Assembly: GCF_006345805.1 (NCBI RefSeq)
Contig: NC_042998.1
Location: forward strand, 183,768,001 to 183,832,000
Direction of reading: 5' to 3'
Source: Octopus sinensis
Taxonomy: Eukaryota
DNA length: 64,000 bases
The position numbers and the translations under genes are program-made. Position 1 is the first letter of the stretch, and each line of letters opens with the position of its first letter. Under the pieces are notes generated by a model. It had not been told where the DNA came from and did no database searches. It saw nothing but the letters and a program-made list of their open reading frames with translations. Below are positions 1 to 11,475 of the stretch, one piece after another.

Positions 1-418
1 CACACACACACACACACATACACGCACACACTTCATACAATCCTTCGCTTTCCCACCTTCTGTGGTACGTGTGTACATGTGCATGTGTAAACATGTATGT
101 TTAGTTTGTCCTTATGGGAAGAAAGGAGACATAAGTTTATGAATAATAAATATCACAAATAAAAACATAAAGACCGACCAACATTTCCAACGTTGAAAGC
201 TAATTTCCATCCATTAAAACGTCAATAAAACCATACTGAAAGTGTGGAACATTATGGGCTAACTACTGACCTAATCTTGACGTTTAAATAAAGTAACAGT
301 TCCTTGTAGCAGTAGCAGCAGCAGCAGTAGCAGCAGCAGCAGTAGCATCACCATCACCGTCACCATCGCCACTACCAACACCGCCGCCACCACCACTATT
401 GTGCCTTCAGTGGAAAGG

Positions 419-420
<2 letters not shown>

Positions 421-460
<40 letters not shown>
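421..460. repeat. (TATC)n microsatellite, left flank of a short Tx1-type insertion
   Basis: Perfect TCTA repeats; the same repeat resumes at 698. Confidence 0.95.
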
Positions 461-463
<3 letters not shown>

Positions 464-697
464 TTTTTTTTTTTTTTTTTTTTTCCTCTCCCCCCCTTTT
501 TTTTTTTTTTTCCTCTCCCCCCCTTTTTTTTTTTAACCCCCCTTATTTTTGTCCTCTTTCTCTCCTTTTACGATCCCTTTTGATCGAACCTCCCCCTTCC
601 TTTTTTTTTTTTTTTTTTTTTAATACCTTCAAAAGAAAAGCTCTACCTTGTAATTTGTTCTATCTGTGTGCAGCCCTGTGTGGCTAATAAAGAAACA
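461..697 (+). mobile_element. 5'-truncated Tx1/L1-type LINE (3' UTR only) inside (TATC)n
   Basis: Near-identical to 19670-19857 (cgatcccttttgatcgaa...ctctaccttgtaatttgttctatctgtgtgcagccctgtgtggctaataaagaaaca); TATC repeats on both sides. Confidence 0.85.
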
Positions 698-741
<44 letters not shown>

Positions 742-901
742 ACTGCATCAATCAATCTAGATAGACAGACAGACAGATAGACAGGAGACAAACAGGAGAC
801 AGACACACAGACAGGCAGACAGACAGATAGACAGACAGACAGACAGATAGATAGATAGATAGATGGATGGATGGATGGATGGATGGATGGATGGATGGAT
901 G

Positions 902-962
<61 letters not shown>
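698..962. repeat. Compound tetranucleotide microsatellite (TATC/GACA/GATA/GATG)
   Basis: Read directly from the sequence. Confidence 0.95.
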
Positions 963-964
<2 letters not shown>

Positions 965-1065
965 TCTGAAGAAGGTCAATGTCCAAAACGTTACAATTCA
1001 TCTGGGTGTCGATCTAAGCTCCCAAACTGATACCGTCGTGTATCTTTTATTTTTTGTTCTTTCGT

Positions 1066-1117
<52 letters not shown>

Positions 1118-1169
1118 TTGTGGTTTTAGCTGACGTAAAGGTCATCTGGTATAGATTTACGTTTCTTAT

Positions 1170-1790
1170 CAACTTTCTTTGCCATAAGTAACGAGTACTC
1201 CAGTCCGTACTGGTACCGTTGTCATTTGCGAATCCTGGATCCTGCTGTTATCAGTTCCAAAATCTTTTTACTACAACAGTTTCTTGAGCACCATCCGGGC
1301 AAGGTTTTTGTAAGAAAGGATTGAGCTGTTTATCAGACTACATAGATTAATCCTTTTTGTCAGTCTGGACAGGCATGTCGAAGATGTTTACGGCCGAATC
1401 GTTATGTTCTGCGTTTACTTACTTATTTAAGCCCTTTGCTCCTTATGAAGCAAAATGTCCACCGATGACTTATCTCCACTGTTCTCAGCTCTGGGCTGTC
1501 TTCTCAGCTTCCCTCCAAATTGGATTCCTGTTTTTGCTTTTTAGCTCTACGTCAGTATCCCGCCTCCTACTACTTTTTAAGGCACCCTCTCTTCCGCCTT
1601 CCTTGTGGATTCCAAGTCAGGGTCTAACGTATAATGCAGGTTATTGGCTTCCTAAAGATGTGGCCTAACTAGCCCCGCTTGTCATTCAAGATCTGTTCTA
1701 CCACTGGCACCTACGCCCTACCTCCCTTCTGTCACAGCTCTTCATTTGTTATCTTATTCTGCTCGGTACATGTTGTATCACTTCTTATCT
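1170..1790 (-). mobile_element. Decayed RTE-clade LINE C-terminal fragment
   Basis: Minus strand translates with frameshifts to ...LGHIFRK...RQTLTWNPQGRRKRG..., the typical RTE ORF C-terminus. Confidence 0.55.
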
Positions 1791-1849
1791 GTTTTGACAT
1801 CGAAGTGTCAGTATATTAATTGTTCAGTCGACGTAGCTAACCGACTCGG

Positions 1850-2115
1850 TGTCTGTGAATATACTCGAACTTCGCAAGTATTCAGCCACCAGAAATAATG
1901 TGGTCAGTTGACTCACTGGTACTTGATACAGCTGAGCACTGGGTGTTATCTATTTCCTCACACTTCAAAATTGCTGGCCTTGAGCCAAAACACGAAAGGG
2001 TTAGTGATAAATTAAGTACCAGTTACGCACTGGGGTCGGTGTAATCGACTTAATACCTATGTCTGTCCTTGTTTGTCCCCTCTGTGTTTAGCCCCTTGTG
2101 GGTAATAAAGAAATA
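1850..2115 (+). mobile_element. Old tRNA-derived SINE remnant followed by a 5'-truncated Tx1-tailed SINE (about 2020-2115)
   Basis: gataaattaagtaccagttacgcactggggtc...tgtcccctctgtgtttagccccttgtgggtaataaagaaata matches the family at 8195-8826 in reverse complement. Confidence 0.8.
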
Positions 2116-2735
2116 GGTATTAAAGAGGGCGACGAATCAAGCCTACTATTCAAGAAAAGGAACAGTCACTCCGACAAGCTTCCATTTAATAAATTTCAGT
2201 CATAAAGCCTTCTAAGATGCTAGGAAGGGAATTTGGTTGCAATTTCTTGCAGTCGCTTGTCCACATGTACATGTGTGTGTGTGCCTGTGTTCCTTTGCGC
2301 ATTGTTCTTCTGTTTCTTTTGACCATCCAGGATTACAATACATTTTTCCCTATCAACTGAGTGTGTATTTTCCTTTTTAACTTTGTGCAAAATAAACATG
2401 AGAAATCGAATACTCCTCCCACCATTTTTTAAATATTTTCAATTCTTTAATTAAGATTAAAACCAGTGGCGAGGTACGGGATATATATACCGCAATAGAA
2501 CGGGTACTTTATATATGTACGCTTGGTATATTCAACTATGTTGGGACAGCGGTCCACATGGCATTGATTAACACATCACTTTAAATCTGTTACTTCGCAA
2601 TTTGGGTGCAAGTTAGTGTGGATATGTTTAATGCAGTTAGTGGTGTAACATGGGCAGGTCCACCGGAACAGTTGACCAAGACGCAAAATTGTTAGGGAAA
2701 CAAAATTTCAAAAGAAAATTATAAAGAGTTAAGAA

Positions 2736-2872
2736 GCTCGCTTTGCAACCTCGTGGTTTCGGGTTCAGTCCTACGGCACGGCACTTTCAGCAAATGTCTT
2801 CAACTTTAGTCCCTGACCGATCAATGCCTTGTGGGTGAATTTGGTTGGCGGAAACTGTGTGGAAGCCCGTCA
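2736..2872 (+). mobile_element. CORE-type tRNA-derived SINE (5' half)
   Basis: B-box-like gggttcagtcc, MIR-CORE-like segment and ggaaactg...agcccgtc; related copies at 17811, 26100 and 40402. Confidence 0.6.
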
Positions 2873-3288
2873 AACTCGTAGATACCATTTGCATAAAAAA
2901 GAAAAAATAACAACCATAGTTAAATCCGTGTTGATGTACATACACGTTATGTTAGCAGTAACATATACACATGAACTAACATGCAGTTATACAGACACAT
3001 ATGTATACGTGTGTGTGTGTTTGTGTGTGTAATATTGCATGAATAACGCAATCAACTTCCATTGGCTTCATAAACTTTTGCTGGCTCCGAGAAAGCTATA
3101 ATATTTTGCACAAACACTCGGCCCTGAGTGCACTGATTTCATAGCAGAAACAGTTGTAAGCTAAGGTAGATGATTACGTATTTCCTGTTCTCTTGTTATT
3201 CAATAATTAATGTTACACTCTGTACTCACCTAACGTTTTATTCTAAAGCATATGTATATTAGGTTTGTATCGCACTGCCTGGCGAAAC

Positions 3289-3712
3289 ATGTATGTATGT
3301 ATGTATGTATGTATGTATGTATGTGTGTATGTATGTATTTATGTGTGTGTGTATGTATGTATGTATGTATGTATGTATGTATTTGCGTGTGTATGTGCGT
3401 GTGTATGTATGTATGTATGTATGTATGTGTGTGTGTATGTATGTATGTATGTGTGTGTATGTATGTATGTATGTGTGTATGTATGTATGTATGTGTGTAT
3501 GTATGTATGTGTGTATGTGTGTGTGTATGTATGTATGTATGTATGTATGTATGTATGTATGTATGTGTGTATGTATGTATGTATTTATGTGTATGTATGT
3601 ATTTATGTGTGTATGTATGTATGTATGTATGTATTTATGTGTGTATGTATGTATGTATGTATTTATGTGTGTATGTATTTATGTGTGTATGTGCGTGTGT
3701 GTGAGTGAGTGG
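3289..3712. repeat. (TATG/TG)n microsatellite
   Basis: About 420 bp of degenerate TATG/TG repeats; source of the MYVC pseudo-ORFs. Confidence 0.97.
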
Positions 3713-4493
3713 GGGGGGGCAGAGGAAGAGAGCATTCTTCCCATAGTAATAGTTTTGAGAAGTGGTAAAAAGGAGAAATGTCTAGGAAAATCATAAAAAC
3801 AAACATTATGGTCTGGAAGAACTGTCATTTACAGATTCATAAAAGAAAAATAAATACTTCTTATTAATTCAATTTTCGATAATTCAGTTAACCTTGTTAA
3901 TTAAATTTCTTCATTCTTTGTAATAAACGTTTTTCTTTCCATGTATGGGTTTGTAAATTAAATGAAAATTATTGTGTTTTTAATGTTTACTTTTAAATAT
4001 ATTTTTGCTGTCGATATTCATTAACACTGTAATGTATGATTTATTTTTACCAAACTTTGGAACGGCTTAGCCCACTGATTCTCAATAGGTTTGACTTCGT
4101 GGAACGTTGGATATCAAATTAAAATTAAAGAATACTGGCGCACTGCGTATGGAAAATTAAAAACAAAAAAGAAACTGGTTTTGAAATTTAGAAGTATATA
4201 GAAAAGTACTGCTTCCTTTGTTTCATGAATTAAACTTTTGTGTAACGAATAGGAACACCTAACCATATAGTTGCAAAACGAATTTCTTATCTAAATACTC
4301 ATTTCTGCATTCTTTGGCGAAAACGGGGAAAAAGTCAATACCGCATTTTCCGGCGTAGAAGTCGAATTTATCAGGCGAAAATTTACAGGCAGCAAAAAAA
4401 AATAAGTCGAATTATACACCAAGACGACTTTGGAGGACCAAAAAATGCAGCAGGATTTGGGAAGCTAGTGACGTTGTTTGAATGTTTCCACTA

Positions 4494-4876
4494 TGGAAGC
4501 ACTCCGTCAGTTACGATGATGAGGGTTCCGGTTGATCCGAATCAACGGAACAGCCTGCTCGTGAAATTAACGTGTAAGTGGCTGAGCACTCCACAGACAC
4601 GTGCACCCTTAACGTAGTTCTCGGGGATATTCAGCGTGACACAGAGAGTGACAAGGCCGGCCCCTTGAAATACAGGTACAACAGAAACAGGAAGTAAGAG
4701 TGAGAGAAAGTTGTGGTGAAAGAGTACAGCAGGGATCACCACCATCCCCTGCCGGAGCTTCGTGGAGCTTTTAGGTGTTTTCGCTCAATAAACACTCACA
4801 ACGCCCGGTCTGGGAATCGAAACCGCGATCCTATGACCGCGAGTCCGCTGCCCTAACCACTGGGCCATTGCGCCTG
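4494..4876 (-). mobile_element. About 380-bp tRNA-headed SINE (family S2), full length
   Basis: Reverse complement of 6574-6958; tRNA head GGCGCAATGGCCCAGTGGTTAGGGCAGCGGACTCGCGGTCATAGGATCGCGGTTTCGATTCC with A and B boxes. Confidence 0.92.
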
Positions 4877-5493
4877 CCTACCCTATATGCCTACATCGAT
4901 TTGTATACTGGAAAATACAGTATTTCAATTGACTGGTGATTAACGTAAGGCAAGGACAATGGAAGGAAATGGAATGAAAGGAGGTCAGATTCTTGGAGAT
5001 GCCTTAATCGTCCAAAGTGGCAGTTCTGCGTCCCTTTGTGTTTCCTTTCGCTTTCGCTCTTAGACGTGGACATCTAAGAGCGAAAACGAATTGTCCGTAA
5101 ATATTCGGAGAGGGTTACAGTGCTAAGAATAGCAGCCATGTTACTTCGACTACTTGCCGGATAAAAAAAGAGAGACATGATAAGTCACCCAGATGCCGGG
5201 TAATAAAAAGGGAGAGGCAAAGTGCCAGATGAAAGAATAAGAGAGAATTTGGCATGGGTTCTGTATTTATATATGTTAGAAAGCTGGAAGCAGGTCGTGA
5301 GATCATAGGAAGTGGATGTGTTTATCTGTGTAGAACTAAATTACACTAAGATGTTCAGGAAAAGTTGGAGGTGTATGACAGTTGACTCTTGTAAATTTAC
5401 AAGTACGGATGCCGAGATCATTGGAAAGAATCTGACAGAAAAATCTAGACTAAGGTTTCGATTCCTGGTTAAGACTCCTGGAAACCAACTGTT

Positions 5494-5706
5494 TCACTCA
5501 CACACATACACGCACACACGCACGCACGCACGCACGCACGAACACGAACACACGCACACACACACACACACCCACACACACACACACACGCGCGCACGAA
5601 CACGAACACACACACACACGCACGTACACGAACACGAACACACAAATACACACACACACGCACGAACACGAACACAAACACGCACACACACACACACACG
5701 CACACG
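5494..5706. repeat. Degenerate (CA)n/(CACGAA)n microsatellite
   Basis: Read directly from the sequence. Confidence 0.95.
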
Positions 5707-5997
5707 TATTTTAGTTTCAAGTAAATACTTGGATGATTGAATACTTCTATAACATGATATTGCTAGGCGTTTTTATTTTCTTTTAAAATTTTTCATTATG
5801 CATCATTTAAAAGCCTGCGGCCAGTTACGCTCATACACGTGTCATAGGTTATCCGTTTACTTTCCTCGACAGTATCCAAAGTTTGAGGACTGACGAAGAT
5901 ATTTACTCATCAACAGACAACAGCCATTAGCTTGCGCATAAGTCTGTGTCCGTCACTTTCTTTCACTCTCTCTGAAATTACTTCTAAAAGTCGTCTG

Positions 5998-6418
5998 GGC
6001 GATCTTTCGTCACTAGTAGACCTTTCCGTCGATTTCCGTAAAATTTTTTTTTTTTTTTTACATATGGGCTTGCGGGAACTTTTGAAGTAATATACATACA
6101 TATCCACATACACCGAGTAAAAAATTTCAGTTATCTCTTTCTTTCACACATTACTCTGTCTCTTCACACACACTAACAGAAGCACTTCACTTACACAACA
6201 TACTGTCTGTCTCCCACACCCCATCAAACACACACACATGTACATCAATGCTTGCCATGCACGGTAACTTCAAAAGAACTTCCCTCGTCATAAAATCGAT
6301 TTCTCTTAGTCTCTTTCGCTCTCATTACTTCAAAAGTTCCCGCAAGCCCATATGTAAAAAAAAAAAAAAATTTTTTACGGAAATCGACGGAAAGGTCTAC
6401 TAGAGACGAAAGATTGCC
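5998..6418. mobile_element. MITE with about 95-bp TIRs (GGCGATCTTTCG...), Merlin-like
   Basis: Inverted repeats 5998-6090 and 6325-6418; 8-bp TSD GTCGTCTG at 5990-5997 and 6419-6426; GG termini. Confidence 0.85.
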
Positions 6419-6573
6419 GTCGTCTGTTTCTTTGAACTAGCAAACTGCTTACAATATCCACTCATGAAACTCACTTCCCAGATCCAGCACCAAGCACTTT
6501 TGTCCAACTCTTCTTTCCGGAATGTAGCCTCTCAAATTCCTTTCCGTTCATCGTTTTTCCTTGTAGAAATTCA

Positions 6574-6958
6574 GTGGAGGCGCAATGGCCCAGTGGTTAG
6601 GGCAGCGGACTCGCGGTCATAGGATCGTGGTTTCGATTCCCAGACCGGGCGTTGTGAGTGTTTATTGAGCGAAAACACCTAAAGCTCCACGAGGCTCCGG
6701 CAGGGGATGGTAGTGATCCCTGCTGTACTCTTTCACCACAACTTTCTCTCACTCTTTCTTCCAGTTTCTGTTGTACCTCTATTTCAAAAGGCCGGCCTTG
6801 TCACTCTCTGTGTCACGCTGAATATCCCCGAGAACTACGTTAAGGGTACACGTGTCTGTGGAGTGCTCAGCCACTTACACGTTAATTTCACGAGCAGGCT
6901 GTTCCGTTGATTCGGATCAACCGGAACCCTCGTCGTCGTAACCGACGGAGTGCTTCCA
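6574..6958 (+). mobile_element. About 385-bp tRNA-headed SINE (family S2), full length
   Basis: tRNA head with A and B boxes; 13-bp TSD TTGTAGAAATTCA at 6561-6573 and 6959-6971. Confidence 0.95.
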
Positions 6959-7994
6959 TTGTAGAAATTCACATCAAACTAAACTTTATCCTCTTTGAAT
7001 ACGAAAATATAGGAGGGCCTGATAAAGCTCGTGCAACCGTTCTTTCTTCTCTTCCTCTACTTATTTAAAACGTAGTAGTAGCAGTAATAACAGCAGCAGC
7101 AGTAGCAGTATTAGTAGTAATAGTAGTTTTTGTTGTTGTGTAACATAATCACCTGTTCTTTCCTCTCTCCGCGAAATTTCAGGGTCTTTACCAATAAAAA
7201 AAAGCCGTTATTATTTATTTATTATTCGGCAACATTAGTCCCGACTTCAAAGAACTGTTTGAATAAACGCCACTAAACGCAGTTTTATGATGCTTTGTTA
7301 GTTCACGATCATTTGTTTATTTTCCCTAAGATTAAACATCTTCTCGCGCAGAAATATTTGAACTTAAAGTTCCAGTTGAACAGACAAAAACGTAGGCTCA
7401 GTAATTGGAGGTTTTACTAAAGCTCCTTGATCCGCCTTGTTTTGGAATAAAAAACGCGAGCTTGTCAATAAAACCTCGACAAAACATTGTTGATCAATGT
7501 CAGAATAGACTTGATTTAAATATAATTCTTTAGGGTGTTAATACTTAAACGAAAGTGCATAATACTTCACCAATACCAATAAAAATGTAAATCACAATCA
7601 TATTTTAATTTTAATTTTTAACCCTAAAAAAGAAATGTTGCAAGGCTCAACTAGTAATATTTTCTACCGTAGGCAGAAGGCCTGAAAATCTGAGAAAATC
7701 GATAACATCAATTTCAGTGGTCAACTTATTTTATCAATCCTGAAATGATGAAAGGCAAAGTCGACCTCGGTAGAATTTGAACTCAGAGTAAAAAGACGGA
7801 TGAACTGTCGTTAAAATTTTCGGCCAGCATGCTAACGATTCAGCCAGCTCGAAACTTAAAGTTCAACCAATAACTTAACGATCCTAAGAGATGAATAAAT
7901 AAAATCAACTCTGGCTGGACTTGAACTCAGTTGGGCGTAATTAATTAGTTAATATGTTTAGTCTCATATTCTAACGTTTCTGTCATGTCACTAC

Positions 7995-9017
7995 CGTATG
8001 ATTTCAACTCCGCATGAAGATCGATAAGGACATGATCAATAAGGACATGTTGAACTTTGCAAACTACGACTCAGACTTCATGAAGACCAACATCAGCGGT
8101 GATGAGACATGGGTTTATGGTCTCTGCTCAATGTGTTCGTTCGGTCATCCTGCGTGGAAACGAAATCCGACGAGCGCGCACTACACGTCTATACATATTT
8201 CTTTACTACCCAGAAGGGGCTAAACACAGAGAGGACAAACAGGGACAGACAAACGGATTAAGTCGATTATATCGACCACATTGCGTAACTGGTACTTATT
8301 TAATCGACCCCGAAAGGATGAAAGGCAAAGTCAACCTCGGCGGAATTTGAACTCAGAACGTAACGGCAGACGAAATACCTATTTCTTTATTACCCACAAG
8401 GGGCTAACATAGAGGGGACAAACATGGACAGACATAGGTATTAAGTCGATTACATCGACCCCAGTGCGTAATTGGTACTTAATTTATCGACCCCGAAAGG
8501 ATGAAAGGCAAAGTCAACCTCGGCGGAATTTGAACTCAGAACGTAACGGCAGACGAAATACCGCTAAGCATTTTGCCCGGCGTGCTAACGTTTCTTATTT
8601 CTTTATTGCCCACAAGGGGCTAAACATAGAGGGGACAAACAAGGACAGACAAAGGCGTTAAGTCGATTACATCGACCCCAGTGCGTAATTGGTACTTAAT
8701 TTATCGACCCCGAAAGGATGAAAGGCAAAGTCGACCTCGGCGGAATTTGAACTCAGAACGTAAAGGCAGACGAAATACCGCTAAGCATTTCGCCCGGCGT
8801 GCTAACGTTTCTGCCAGCTCGCCGCCTTAGACTACACGCCTATACCGTAGGCGTAACAGCTGGGAACTAACGCGGCCTACCTGCACGAAAGCTTTCGTTG
8901 CATGCGCAGGAAAGATGACGTTGCTTCTCAACCTAAAGGGTTTTTCTCGCACGGCAAAAAACTTTATATTTGGCGGGAAAAAAAATAAAGTCAGACACTT
9001 TTTGGACGTAACTCATA
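7995..9017. mobile_element. Decayed mariner-type element interrupted by a SINE trimer
   Basis: DSDFMKTNISGDETWVYG resembles the mariner 'I.TGDETW' first-Asp motif; TIR-like tcagacactttttggacgtaactcata at about 8991-9017. Confidence 0.55.
8195..8826 (-). mobile_element. Head-to-tail trimer of the Tx1-tailed tRNA SINE (family S1)
   Basis: Units 8595-8826 (full head GGCGGCGAGCTGGCAGAAAC), 8380-8594 and 8195-8379; outer TSD ACTACACG(T/C)CTATAC at 8180-8194 and 8831-8845. Confidence 0.93.
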
Positions 9018-9092
9018 TATGTAAACATACACCTGTTCCCGTCAGTTCTTTTTCTATCGTTGCTAGGTTTGTTCAAAGCTCTACATAATATT

Positions 9093-9125
<33 letters not shown>

Positions 9126-9127
9126 CA

Positions 9128-9167
<40 letters not shown>

Positions 9168-9248
9168 ACACGAGCGGAACACTGAAATTATATGCCTGTA
9201 AAAACATTACAAAACAGCCTAAATACAACAAACATTTATCTACCTAAA

Positions 9249-9282
<34 letters not shown>

Positions 9283-9849
9283 TGTGTGTGTGTGTGTGTG
9301 TGTGTGCGTGTGTGTGTGTGCGAGAGGGAGTATTTGTGTATGTGTGTGCGTGCGCGCATGTGTGTTATATCTATATTAATCTTTTGCTTTCATCTCTTGT
9401 TTTATATTTCTTTGTTTCCTGAATTTATAGCGTTTCCTCTGCGTTGCTTCTCATTCTCCAATTTCTCCCGTGACCTCACACCAGTCGATGAGTGTATGTA
9501 CACCTTTCACAGTCAGTTGGAGTTCATCCAATAAATTCTCCTATAATTAGCTCAGGTCCTCAATTTCACCAACGCAATTCCTTTTATGAAGGTGTTCTCC
9601 CTTCAACTGTAATAACCAAAAAGCGAATCAATAAAATCCTATTAGAAGTGCGAGGGGGTGAGCTGCGTGTTCCATAAAATAACATTGGGGGTGATTAATT
9701 GATTCATTAATAACAACTGAATCCCTATACTAGGGAAATAAATTTAATAATTATTCCTTACAGAGGTATAAAGCTACATGTTTTTTGTTAAAGGTGGGGA
9801 GAAACGGGAAGTTTTGGTGTCAATGCTCTCCTAAGAGTATAAAGCAATT

Positions 9850-10582
9850 TACGAGGGGTTGTTGCAAAGTTCCTGGTATTGGGTAAAAGAAAATACAGGA
9901 GGATCGGTTAATTATGATTTTATTCAATACTAGCAGTATCGCCCGACGTTGCACGGGTTTGTAAGGGAAATAACTATATAAGCATTTTTAGAGAGTTACT
10001 TCCCTTATAGATGCCAATTCGGGCTTTCTTAGCCATTTCTGTTTTGGTGTCTTCAAGCCATGAAGTCGTTGTTCTAAAAGAACGCTGGTCTCCTTGACAA
10101 CGCTTTACGACGTTGATTTCCTTACACTCCCTTCCCCACAGCTTCATGAGGGAGGGAAGAAGGGGGAGAAGCAAACAGGTGCAGGTGTGACCATGGACGC
10201 CAACTCCGCCGCCATCGACACACGAAAAATTATGCATTAAAATGGAATAAAAAATGATGTTAAATTATTTTTAAAATCGTAGACTCATCGTAGACGCGCG
10301 CTAATAGCCAGACGGGCTCGATATGAATCACGACTATAACATACCCGAATTTGGTTAAACTGCACCGCAAAATGTGGGAGTAGTTAGGAATCTAAATCGA
10401 AGGGGACAAACAATCACACAACTACAGTTTTATATATATAGATATTCCTCTCTCAGATTCACACACTTACTGCAGCAGTTCTTGAGTTTTTCTAAGCCCT
10501 GTAAAAGAACTCAGAATGTTGGGTGCCAATCAGACCTTTCGCGACACCTTTAAAACAAGGAACTTCTCAGCACCCCCTCGTA
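9850..10582. mobile_element. Tc1/mariner-type MITE (TA-CGAGGGG...CCCCTCG-TA) split by a Helitron
   Basis: TIRs tacgaggggttgttgcaaagttcct and aggaacttctcagcaccccctcgta with TA TSD. Confidence 0.85.
9930..10442 (-). mobile_element. Non-autonomous Helitron
   Basis: Minus strand A|TCTATATATATAAAA...CCCGTGCAACGTCGGG hairpin...CTAG|T, no TSD; homologous to 42561-42961 and 58940-59305. Confidence 0.92.
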
Positions 10583-10929
10583 CACTTCGATGAAATTAAA
10601 ATCAGAACTGAAAGGACTTGGAAACTCACGGTTTAGTATATTTTTGTGGTGATCCTTCGGTATAGGTACCGTAAGTACCGGAAATGGCTTTGTTTACATT
10701 TCTGAAGATAACAGAAACCCTTTTCTCCCCCCCCTAACCCCCCCCCCCGTATATATATAAAAAAAACACTTTCTTGAAATGTATCCGGTACTTCCGGTAC
10801 CTATACCGAAGTTACGCCTTTTTTTTTTTGTCTTTCTTGAGTCCTAGTACGCCAATGATCGGGATCATAACATTCCTCTGAACGAGGCTCCGGTCTGTTG
10901 CAGGAATGAAGGACTGCAATTTTGAGGGG

Positions 10930-11070
10930 AGGGAACAAGTCAAGCACTTGACTGGTACTTTATTTTATCAATCTCGAAAGTCGATGTCAATAAGATTTGA
11001 ACTCAGAACATCAAGAAATGCGGCTAAACATTTTGTCCGGCATGTTAATGAATCTGCCGGATCGCCGCCT
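10930..11070 (-). mobile_element. Diverged S1-related SINE remnant
   Basis: actggtacttatt...tttgaactcagaac...ccggcatgttaatgaatctgcc. Confidence 0.7.
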
Positions 11071-11093
11071 ATGGTTTAGTATTAACATCGTCA

Positions 11094-11475
11094 GTGGAGG
11101 CGCAATGGCCCAGTGGTTAGGGCAGCGGACTCGCGGTCGTAGGATCGCGGTTTTGATTCCCAGACCGGGTGTTGTGAGTGTTTATTGAGCGAAAACACCT
11201 AAAGCTCCACGAGCTCCGGCAGGGATGGTGGTGATCCCTGCTGTACTCTTTCACCACAACTTTCTCTCACTCTTACTTCCTGTTTCTGTTGTACCTGTAT
11301 TTCAAAGGGCCGGCCTTGTCATTCTCTATGTCACGCTAAATATCCCCGAGAACTACGTTAAGGGTGCACGTGACTGTGGAGTGCTCAGCCACTTAAACGT
11401 TAATTTCACGAGCAGGCTGTTCCATTGATTCGGATCAACCGGAACCCTCGTCGTCGTAACCGACGGAGTGCTTCC
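11094..11475 (+). mobile_element. tRNA-headed SINE (family S2), full length
   Basis: 13-bp TSD ATTAACATCGTCA at 11081-11093 and 11476-11488. Confidence 0.95.

Noticed and set aside
6574-6650. tRNA-like sequences (also 11094, 30863 and the S1 heads)
   Set aside because: They run on into SINE bodies with TSDs and lack a complete acceptor stem, so they are SINE heads, not tRNA genes.
6707-6910. 67-aa ORF MVVIPAVLFHH... open in all four S2 SINE copies
   Set aside because: It lies within a young high-identity SINE, starts at GTG/ATG variants and has no recognisable domain; persistence is explained by recent amplification.
8195-8826. CRISPR-like repeat array
   Set aside because: Units are 185-230-bp SINE copies with no unique spacers, no cas genes and a eukaryotic context.
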